From Barthelona sp. PCE (Eukaryota), in contig JAUFOR010000004.1 in assembly GCA_040285745.1 (NCBI GenBank), positions 992,001 to 1,056,000 on the forward strand: a stretch of 64,000 nt of DNA. Direction: 5' to 3'. The translations under genes were made by a program, and so were the position numbers. How positions within the stretch are numbered: position 1 is the first letter of the stretch; every line of letters begins with the position of its first letter. This document shows positions 20,524 through 28,820 of this stretch, in pieces. The notes below the pieces were generated by a model. The model was not told where the DNA came from. It searched no databases and saw nothing but the letters and a program-made list of their open reading frames with translations.

Positions 20524-20829
20524 ATGAATAACGGGGCACCAGTTACTTTCTCACTATACAACCTCGATGCAGTTCTTGGAAACGAAGATTGTGAGTTGAT
20601 AATCAAACAGCAATGGGTTCAATCACAAATTGTGTTGCTTTCTAAAGCTATACAGCGTATTGAAGATTCAAATGAGGAGTTAAAGTTACTTAAGGGAACG
20701 GATGAATGGGAAGATGAGTTTGAAAGTTTTATTATTGATAATTTAGCATTATGCCAAGATAAATCACAATGCATTAAGCGTTTGGAGGATATCGAGTTCA
20801 TACTATCTGCTCAAATGGAACGCAAGTAG
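20524..20829 (+). CDS. Small acidic coiled-coil protein, possibly Tma17/Adc17-like
   Basis: 'LSKAIQRIEDSNEELK...EDEFESFIIDN' resembles the L..SI..L..SN.EL...D....I.EN pattern. Confidence 0.4.
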   Translation: MNNGAPVTFSLYNLDAVLGNEDCELIIKQQWVQSQIVLLSKAIQRIEDSNEELKLLKGTDEWEDEFESFIIDNLALCQDKSQCIKRLEDIEFILSAQMERK

Positions 20830-21044
20830 TTGTTTTTAATACTTCTTATTATTGTAATATGACTTTTTTGAACAGTGTTTTTTTTGTTGAAAGAAGTTTT
20901 CTTGAATAGTCCACCATAAATTTCATTTAAAGTACCATGCCTCTTGTTTACAGTGACGTTTAACGTTAGAAATATTGTTTGTTAAAATAAACCAACAGTA
21001 ATAAAAAAAAGATTATTGGTGATGAAAGATGAAAGCTGAATAGA

Positions 21045-21650
21045 CTATAGTTTATTGTGTCTACGAGCGGAAAATAGCTGGCGTAGATATAAAACTTGAA
21101 GGGCACAAACAACAATGAGTACAACACATTCAAAAAGTGAGAACCAAAGAACTCGAGAATTTGTGCTTTCAGTTGTTGATCTATGTCTTGATTCTCTTGC
21201 TTTTAAGTGTCTCTGCTCATCTGAAATGGCTCTGAGTTCATTACGTAAGCTTAAAATGCTGTCTTCCAACGGATTCAAGTGTTCCTTCTTAGCAAGACCA
21301 ACTTTTTCTCCCATTGAATCTCCAACAATAATGTTGAACTCGACAACTTTAGGGGTCATAGACGCATGATTATTAAAGCAAAATTTGTATACACCCGGTA
21401 AATCTGCGTTGAATGAAAAAGCACCCTCTTGTTCACGATTGGCTTCGTATACAACGTTGAGGCTAGGGTCTAGTACACGTACGTCAACATCTAATAGTCC
21501 ACCCTCTGTTACAGAGAAAGAACCTGCCATAGGAGTGGGTTTCTTAACTGATTCAAGAAAACACTCCTGTTTTTTCGGATCAATGCGGAATGAAAAGCCC
21601 TGAATGACTGCTAAAAAGCATATGAATGTTAAGAGAAATGAAGTTCTCAT
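21045..21650 (-). CDS. p24/emp24 GOLD-domain cargo receptor (TMED2/p24beta-like)
   Basis: Probable start MRTSFLL at 21650; 'ECF', 'EGGLLDVD', 'YKFCFNN', 'HRSTTESTNSRVLWFSLFE', C-terminal TM. Confidence 0.9.
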   Translation of the reverse strand: MRTSFLLTFICFLAVIQGFSFRIDPKKQECFLESVKKPTPMAGSFSVTEGGLLDVDVRVLDPSLNVVYEANREQEGAFSFNADLPGVYKFCFNNHASMTPKVVEFNIIVGDSMGEKVGLAKKEHLNPLEDSILSLRNELRAISDEQRHLKARESRHRSTTESTNSRVLWFSLFECVVLIVVCALQVLYLRQLFSARRHNKL

Positions 21651-21876
21651 GTTTAGGGTAATATTCAATAATTCGCTTAAGTCATGGTCTTTGTAAGTTT
21701 GTAATGCTGTGTGGTTGACCGTAGTTGTCAGGGAATGCTTTTTAATCTGAATAACCTGCATTCTCAAAATTAATATGTTTAATTTTTCTTTTACAATAAA
21801 ATAGCACAATTTTTGTCTTAACTGACCAACATTTTAACCAGTTCGATGCTTACTAAATGAACAAAGAAAGTTAAGA

Positions 21877-22713
21877 TCAATACTTAAATTCAGCTTCACG
21901 GCCCTTAAAAACTCTAAATTGATCCAAGTTGTAAGCTTTCCTGTCGTTTGAATATGCAGTCCACATTTCAAAATGTACCGGTTTATCTAAACCAATTTTC
22001 TTAAAAAACTCAACAGTTGGTTGAATTTCAAGTTTATCAAAAGTTTTAAAAAGTTTCTTTGCTGTAACTAATAAGAGTTCTTGTTGGAACCATCCAATTC
22101 GATCTTCTTCGTCTTCCTCTGCTTCGTCAGGATCATCAGGGTGCATCCATTGAAATAAGTCGTACAGAGATTCGCCATATCTGTACATAATTCCATTTGC
22201 TACTGGACCATAACATCCTTCAGCAATAAAATTCTCACTTAACTCAAAAAAATATCTCATATGCCATTTTATATATTGGACAACTACTCTAAATGTATAC
22301 AATTTAATAGTTTCAGATGTAGTTTTATCCAATTTTTCTAAATAACTACTTACAAAAAATAATAAATGATTAAAATCAACAGTATAAGTAAATAATTTTG
22401 AATTCCATGATAGTGGAGGGCTTGAACCTTCTTTTTTAACGTCTTCAAAAAAATCATTAATCAAATCTGTTTGCAGTTGAGGAGTGAAATTTTGAAGTAA
22501 ATGATTTATGTCATCCAGATGTCCTGGAGTATGTACATCTTCTTTATATCTGAACATCATTTTAAATTCCTCAATGATCACTTCAAGTGAGGAACGTTCA
22601 AAGTTTGCACAATCATTATAAGAAATGTCAAAGATGGGGTAAATAAGACCGAATAGAACAAAATGTTCGTCATCAAACTGCAGCTGCAGAGAATCTTTAT
22701 CGAATACCGACAT
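21877..22713 (-). CDS. Hypothetical acidic helical protein
   Basis: 278-aa ATG ORF; no family recognised. Confidence 0.6.
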   Translation of the reverse strand: MSVFDKDSLQLQFDDEHFVLFGLIYPIFDISYNDCANFERSSLEVIIEEFKMMFRYKEDVHTPGHLDDINHLLQNFTPQLQTDLINDFFEDVKKEGSSPPLSWNSKLFTYTVDFNHLLFFVSSYLEKLDKTTSETIKLYTFRVVVQYIKWHMRYFFELSENFIAEGCYGPVANGIMYRYGESLYDLFQWMHPDDPDEAEEDEEDRIGWFQQELLLVTAKKLFKTFDKLEIQPTVEFFKKIGLDKPVHFEMWTAYSNDRKAYNLDQFRVFKGREAEFKY

Positions 22714-22876
22714 ATTGGTTAGAAAAGGTAAAACACTTCTGTTTGAATGTTAGCAACAATGCATCACCGACATAAGGGCTTTCTTGTGTTTATATATTCA
22801 ATCATATGATGATAATGTACAGTAACTGCTATACCATTTCAAACTTTTTTCTCTTTCTGATTTCAAACAGCGACCT

Positions 22877-23383
22877 ATGTTGTTGTATGGTAAAAAAAGA
22901 CCTACCTTGCGGCCAAAAACAGCACCAAAACTTACAGATACCATTAAAAAACTGAATCGAGTACGTAAACGGTTCGTTCGTGGAAATTACCGTGAAAACG
23001 TGGAAGAACTTTTAATGGTAACAGAAAACATTGAACATTATCCCCCAAATTTATCTAAACAGGCGATATTGAAATATTTTTTACAAAGCTCAGATAAACA
23101 AACAGATTCTGAAAGTACAACATTTTTAACAGAAGATACTGGCAGGATACAGTCCAGATCGGCACCTCTACATCGCAGACTTCCAAAAAAGAAGCGAAAG
23201 AGGAAAGCAAAAGACATTGAACGACCCAAGACCAGCCTTTCATTTACTGTTCATCCATTTAATTCTCCTCCAAAGAGAGTAGACAAGGCAGTTCTTCATA
23301 GGGTCACTCTAGAAATCCCTGAGATAGAGCATCCAATTCCTATTAGAGTTAAAAAATATTTGGAACTCTCGGCTACATTGTAA
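22877..23383 (+). CDS. Hypothetical basic protein
   Basis: 168-aa ATG ORF; RPKT motifs; KKKRKRK cluster. Confidence 0.55.
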   Translation: MLLYGKKRPTLRPKTAPKLTDTIKKLNRVRKRFVRGNYRENVEELLMVTENIEHYPPNLSKQAILKYFLQSSDKQTDSESTTFLTEDTGRIQSRSAPLHRRLPKKKRKRKAKDIERPKTSLSFTVHPFNSPPKRVDKAVLHRVTLEIPEIEHPIPIRVKKYLELSATL

Positions 23384-23414
23384 GTTCCTTTTTTCGCATT
23401 CTTTAGTTGTAAAT

Positions 23415-23726
23415 TTAATTTGGAAATGTGATTAATGCCTTTCTAATCTCTTTTGCATCGTGTAACACCGAATTACGACGATAAATAAGATCTTTAAGCA
23501 AAACATGATCTTTTGAATGCGGTAATTTAGAAACTATTCTAATAAACACACTTATGCCAAAGTATACAATTAAGAAAAACAAAGTCAATGCTGCAAAAAG
23601 ACGATATGGTGAGTCAAATTCGAATGCATCAAATACAGCATTAATAACTACAGATATGTTGATGAACTTCCCCGATAAAAACCCTACAAAGGCAAACACA
23701 GTACAAAAATACCAAAAAAACTGCAT
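23415..23726 (-). CDS. Small membrane protein
   Basis: 103-aa ORF with two hydrophobic segments; converges closely on the neighbouring gene. Confidence 0.45.
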   Translation of the reverse strand: MQFFWYFCTVFAFVGFLSGKFINISVVINAVFDAFEFDSPYRLFAALTLFFLIVYFGISVFIRIVSKLPHSKDHVLLKDLIYRRNSVLHDAKEIRKALITFPN

Positions 23727-24003
23727 AAAAAATGGGATAGAAAAGTAAAATCACCTTTTTTCTGGATTCTATCACATTTGTTATTAAATAATGGGTTCTT
23801 TTACCTTTTAAATGTTACTAGAAAACTAAAAATGTACATATTTCACAAACAAAATAAACGTTTACTCAAAACATAAAACATGCTAACATAACCATATATC
23901 TCACTGTTGCATTGTCAATATTAAAGATTTACCAGTAATCTAATTCTCAAAGAAAAAATTATAAATCAAAAATTCAAAAATCGAACATTGATCATTTATC
24001 ACA

Positions 24004-25359
24004 TCACCTTTCATTCCTCAGTGCTCTTGTTACCTGTACACTCGGGAAACTATTTCTATTTCGAAGTTTAGGTTTTGTACTTGATTTATGTTGCTTGGGT
24101 TTAATTTTTGGCTTACGTTGATGATACTGTTGATGAGATTTCAATGACATTGTATTCGACTGTTTAGTTTTAGTCTTTGAAGTAGTTTTATGACCAATTG
24201 CTTTTGTGCTTTTTTTGGGTTTCTTCTGTGAATTGCCAATATTTGGTAACCTGAATTTGTTACTATTATAAAAGTTTGCAGGTTTAGCCTTATGTGTAAC
24301 TCTAACTTTAGGTTTAGGTTTCGATTTAGTTGGAGATGGTGATAATGAAACTTTTTCACTCTTTGTTGTTGTTGCAAAGCTATTAATTTGAGGTAAACTA
24401 CTTGTTGTACTTGTCATTCCATTATGTACAGGACCAGAACTGCGTGGTTTTGTTTGTTCTTTAACTGACTGTACTGGTTGAGGAGATCCTTGAGCTCTTA
24501 ATTCAGAAAACCATTCATGTTTCAATGCTTGACGAGCTGATAACCGATCTTCAGGGTTATACCTCAATAACTTCTCCATTAAATCTATTGCTGCTCTGCT
24601 AAGATGTGGAACAAGTTTCTTAATACCAGTACCTGATTTCTTTGGAAAATCCAACGAAATGTGAGCTTTTCCTCTAAATTGATTTAAAGTCTGCTGGTTG
24701 GGTGTTCCCAGGACAGAGTGGATCTTATCAAGTTGATCAACTTCGTTTCTACCTGGAAATAAAGGGTACAATGTCGCTATTTCAAAGAAGACACAACCAA
24801 CGCCCCAAATGTCCATTTTAAAGTTGTAGTGTCCATTAGTGATAAGTGCTTCTGGTGGGCGATACCAGCGTGTTGAAATATATTCTGTGTAAGGTGGTTC
24901 TGTATATATACCGCGACAAGAACCATAATCTGCTAATTTAACACTTGTATTTGATACTAAAATATTTTCTGGTTTAATATCTCGATGGAATATTGCATTT
25001 CTATGTGTGTAATCAAGTGCTTTAAACAAATTATACATGAGAGCTTTTATCCTACTTTCACTGAGATAATGTCTTCTATTCCTGATTAGCTCGTACAAGT
25101 TAAGGTCCATCAACTCAAAAACAAGAGCTAGTCTGCCCAATTTCCGATCATAAAGTACTTCTTTAAGTTGAACAATATTTTCATGCCGTAATTTTCGTAA
25201 CGCTTGAATTTCACGTAGCCCGTTGACCTCCTGTACGCTCGATATATGACTTCGCATACGTTTAATGGCGACTAATTCATTTGTTGAAACGTCAACTGCT
25301 TTTAAAACCTCAGAGAATGTGCCTTCGCCAACCCGAGCGATGATTTTGTATTTATGCAT
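24004..25359 (-). CDS. MOK: CMGC/RCK-family kinase, MOK (RAGE)-like
   Basis: Start MHKYKIIARVGEGTFSEVLKA; HRDIKPEN; DYGSCRG; TEY activation loop 'PYTEYISTRWYR'; basic low-complexity tail. Confidence 0.88.
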   Translation of the reverse strand: MHKYKIIARVGEGTFSEVLKAVDVSTNELVAIKRMRSHISSVQEVNGLREIQALRKLRHENIVQLKEVLYDRKLGRLALVFELMDLNLYELIRNRRHYLSESRIKALMYNLFKALDYTHRNAIFHRDIKPENILVSNTSVKLADYGSCRGIYTEPPYTEYISTRWYRPPEALITNGHYNFKMDIWGVGCVFFEIATLYPLFPGRNEVDQLDKIHSVLGTPNQQTLNQFRGKAHISLDFPKKSGTGIKKLVPHLSRAAIDLMEKLLRYNPEDRLSARQALKHEWFSELRAQGSPQPVQSVKEQTKPRSSGPVHNGMTSTTSSLPQINSFATTTKSEKVSLSPSPTKSKPKPKVRVTHKAKPANFYNSNKFRLPNIGNSQKKPKKSTKAIGHKTTSKTKTKQSNTMSLKSHQQYHQRKPKIKPKQHKSSTKPKLRNRNSFPSVQVTRALRNER

Positions 25360-25956
25360 GGGCTTAAACGAATTAAACCTTCTACTGTCAAAATATGTTG
25401 AAAATGGGATAAAAAAAATAATACATACGATTCTATATTTATAGAACCACGATTTTATGTTCAATTGAACTGTTTGAACACCGCAAAAAGGTATAAATTA
25501 CTGGAGTCACAGTATACTAAAAGTACCCGATTTGTTCAGTTGAAATAGTTTTACTGCTTAATGAGTTTTTTCACTCATTTCTTACCCTTGCTTCATATAT
25601 TCATGTCACCCCCATGGTACCAAAGAACATATGTGAAGGGAATACCTTGAACGTCAAACCTGCAAAATTGTTCGTTCAACTCAAAATGTTTTCGATAGCA
25701 AATTTCCACACAGATTCACACAGTGTTAACATTTCTAAGGTTAATTATAATGTAAAAGATCAAACAATTATCGATCTCAAATTTTTGGAAATTCAAGCAA
25801 TCGATTTTATGTTAAATTTTTGCGATTATCATCAAATATAAGTGCCACAAAGCATGTTTTTACTCCGATAATGATAGTCAACATCAATGAAAGTGGTTTT
25901 GCATTTTTCACTTTATCACAACCTTTGTTTTTTTTTGTTTTAATTAGTTTTTTACC

Positions 25957-27303
25957 ATGCGTCGCCATATTACAGTATACTACAGCACACAGAATCGCAA
26001 TTCAGAACGAATTAGTGGTATTATTTATCAAACTCTGCTTTCTGCTGGATTCACAACTGCAAGGTTCAATCTAGCCAATATCAAGCCATCCATTTGCACC
26101 ACGCTCGATACTGCAATTTTCGTAGTACCCACATATTCAATGAACAAACCTAACCCTGAAGCACGTCCCTTTTTCTCGTGGTTGGAAGGATTAAACGTCC
26201 AAGACAAGCCCTTTGAGAACGTCAAGTTTGCTGTTTTCGGTCTGGGAAGTTCACATTATAGGAAGGCGTTTAACACCGCTGCTATTTGGTTAAACGAAAG
26301 ACTTGGTGCTCTTGGTGGTGTTCGTATCATCGATCCACTTCTTGCCGACCAAAGATCACCTCAGGGATACGAAAAGTACGTTCAAGAGTGGATACCTAAT
26401 TTTATTCGTAGCCGTCTTGATATTAGTGAGCAAAAAACAGAAGTTGTTGACATTGAAAATTTATTTAACTCAGAGAGGTTTAACACCGTTCTTAACTCCA
26501 CTGTTGAGGATGCTGTTTCTTTCTGGGATCCCCTCAATATTCCAAATGAAGAACAAGGGTATGTTCACAATCATGAATCTTCTGCTGTTGATGGCGGTGG
26601 TTGGCGCGATATGTTTTTCCTACAGGGATGTCGTCTAAGATGTAAGTATTGTTGCAATCCTGATACACTTGTTATGGGTGATCCTGAACTTCATGGTGAA
26701 AAAATTTGGACAGCTGATAAATTAGTTGATAAGGTTTACCGTAATAGGTTTTATACAAAGAATCGCCAAGGTGCAATCACAATGTCTGGTGGTGATCCTT
26801 TATGTCAACCTCGTTTTGTTCATTCAATCTTACGTCAGTGTAAGGAGAAGGGTATTAACACAGCACTAGAAATTACAGGTGATGTTCCAGATCCACGTGT
26901 GTTTGATATTGTTATGCCACACCTTGATACAGCACTCATCTGTGTCAAATCTTTCAACCCTGCAATGTATGCAGAATTAACTCAAGGTGGTTCATATGCT
27001 GCATTCTTACAGGCAATGCATCAGTGTCAGAAACATAACGTTGATGTGTGGATTACATATGTCTTAATTGAGAATTATACTGACAGTGAGGACGATTTGA
27101 AATTATTCTGTGATTTTCTCGATGGAGAATACAAAGATGTTGTTAAACGTGTTGAAATTCTTCCTTACCATGACTTTGGTCTTCATAAATATGAAGAAAT
27201 GGGTATGGAATATCCTTTTCCAGGTGAAAAAGCTCCTGAAGTTGATGTTATTCGTGCTTTTAAACAAAAGCTGGCTGAACATCACAATGAAGTTGTTGTA
27301 TAG
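25957..27303 (+). CDS. Flavodoxin-domain / pyruvate formate-lyase activating enzyme (glycyl-radical activase, radical SAM) fusion
   Basis: N-terminal flavodoxin motifs (VYYSTQ, IFVVPTY, FAVFGLGSSHY..FN). C-terminal PflA motifs: AVDGGG, FLQGCRLRCKYCCNPDT (CxxxCxxC at 26629-26652), SGGD, VWITYV, EILPYHDFG.HKY. Confidence 0.9.
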   Translation: MRRHITVYYSTQNRNSERISGIIYQTLLSAGFTTARFNLANIKPSICTTLDTAIFVVPTYSMNKPNPEARPFFSWLEGLNVQDKPFENVKFAVFGLGSSHYRKAFNTAAIWLNERLGALGGVRIIDPLLADQRSPQGYEKYVQEWIPNFIRSRLDISEQKTEVVDIENLFNSERFNTVLNSTVEDAVSFWDPLNIPNEEQGYVHNHESSAVDGGGWRDMFFLQGCRLRCKYCCNPDTLVMGDPELHGEKIWTADKLVDKVYRNRFYTKNRQGAITMSGGDPLCQPRFVHSILRQCKEKGINTALEITGDVPDPRVFDIVMPHLDTALICVKSFNPAMYAELTQGGSYAAFLQAMHQCQKHNVDVWITYVLIENYTDSEDDLKLFCDFLDGEYKDVVKRVEILPYHDFGLHKYEEMGMEYPFPGEKAPEVDVIRAFKQKLAEHHNEVVV

Positions 27304-27336
27304 TCTTTAATCATCGGTACTATTTACAATTGATGG

Positions 27337-28629
27337 CTATTCAATTAGGATTGATTGTTTTTCTGACATTTTCTTTTCCATTTTTTCAATTAACATGTAT
27401 TGATTAATAATAAATATTATTTCAAAAACAATGATAAATATGAACATGGTTGAAAAAAAGCTTTCAAGAATGAATAAGAAAGAAGAGAAAAAAAGCAAAT
27501 CAAGAAAATGAAGAACAACATTTTTGTTCTTTATAAGGAATGGTTTATGCTTGGTTTCCATTTCAAAATAGAGTGGTAACCTATGTAGCCGTTCAAATAT
27601 GAAAAGAATATATGATAACTGAGGGATAAAAATTGATAGCAGTAGTATCTTTGTTTTTGCAATATCAATCATTGTAAAAAGTTGAAATTTAGGAAGTATG
27701 GATGTTGGATTATTATCATTAACAGGTGTAAGACAATGAAAACAAGTTTGAATTTTTTCTTCTTCACTTTTTCCAATAGATTGATAACCATATTTACCTT
27801 TTTTTCTATCCATATCTTTCAGGATAAAAGCAACAAAAAATACTATTAAAGCACCAAATATTAAAGGTATTTTTAAAGGAAATGTTAGATAAAAAAAATA
27901 ACAACCTGCAAAATATAAAAAAGATATTGTATTCAAAACAAAATTTTGCATAAAACATCCATTAAAATAGATGAAAATTCTGATTAAATTAATTAAAATC
28001 GTTATTATATTCAAAGGAGGTAATAATAATAGCCATCTAATTCTTTTTGGCATAACTTCAATGAATTGAAAAAAACTTCTGCTTGGAGTGTATAGAACAA
28101 GCCATGTTATTATATTTAAAAGAGTTATATAAATAAAAAAATGAATCCATGTAAAAGAAATAACTGGAATAACTGAACGAATAGATATCATGAATGATGA
28201 ACTAATGATCAGGAGCAATGCGTTAACAAATGATCTGAGAATCCATATAATGAAGTAAAAAATTCGGTTCTTGATAGTATCCGACATTTTTTTTAATTTC
28301 CTTGTAACATAATGATCAATCATAAATCCAATGTAAATAACCGCAAAAACAACCAGTAGCACATTAATTATAGTGTATCTGTTTGAATTTTTGAAATGAA
28401 TGAAGAAATCCAGACTTCTTGATCGAGTATTTAGAAATATCTGCAAATACTGCTCTACAAGGTATCTGAATGGTCCCAAAGATACCCGCTCTGTCAAAAA
28501 GTCATAGTCTGTGGATACTTCTCCCAGAATTCCATGCAAACATACAATTTGCAATGGAAGAGTTACAAATAGTGATAAAAGAAGCCTGCAAAAGCAGAAC
28601 ATTGCAATGGTCTTCCGATTAGAAAACAT
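27337..28629 (-). CDS. Multi-pass membrane protein, unknown family
   Basis: 430-aa highly hydrophobic ORF with about 10 TM segments. Confidence 0.65.
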   Translation of the reverse strand: MFSNRKTIAMFCFCRLLLSLFVTLPLQIVCLHGILGEVSTDYDFLTERVSLGPFRYLVEQYLQIFLNTRSRSLDFFIHFKNSNRYTIINVLLVVFAVIYIGFMIDHYVTRKLKKMSDTIKNRIFYFIIWILRSFVNALLLIISSSFMISIRSVIPVISFTWIHFFIYITLLNIITWLVLYTPSRSFFQFIEVMPKRIRWLLLLPPLNIITILINLIRIFIYFNGCFMQNFVLNTISFLYFAGCYFFYLTFPLKIPLIFGALIVFFVAFILKDMDRKKGKYGYQSIGKSEEEKIQTCFHCLTPVNDNNPTSILPKFQLFTMIDIAKTKILLLSIFIPQLSYILFIFERLHRLPLYFEMETKHKPFLIKNKNVVLHFLDLLFFSSFLFILESFFSTMFIFIIVFEIIFIINQYMLIEKMEKKMSEKQSILIE

Positions 28630-28820
28630 TGAAAACCCTAAATTTGTTCAAAAAACAAAATAAGAAAACTTTGGAGAAGGATATAATCGTTAAAACAAAT
28701 AATAGGTTTAGTTTTTCAGTTTTTGTTTGACGCTACGCAAAGTTAAGTGATATCAGCCATGTGAAATAAAACAGTTTTGCTTTTAAATTTTCACTCCATT
28801 TTCTTTACTACTGCGAGGGT

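Noticed and set aside
21045-21060. C-terminal NKL of p24 as a peroxisomal PTS1
   Set aside because: It is the cytosolic tail of a secretory-pathway membrane protein, so likely coincidental.
25360-25956. Long intergenic region with short ORFs and a weak stem (25460-25470 / 25534-25544): possible ncRNA or small gene
   Set aside because: No tRNA, snRNA or snoRNA hallmarks; ORFs lack protein-like features.
25957-27303. Annotation as TYW1 (also flavodoxin + radical SAM)
   Set aside because: The radical-SAM half has PflA motifs (VDG.G, FxQGC, NPDT, LPYH) and lacks the TYW1 CWR motif and wyosine-formation domain.
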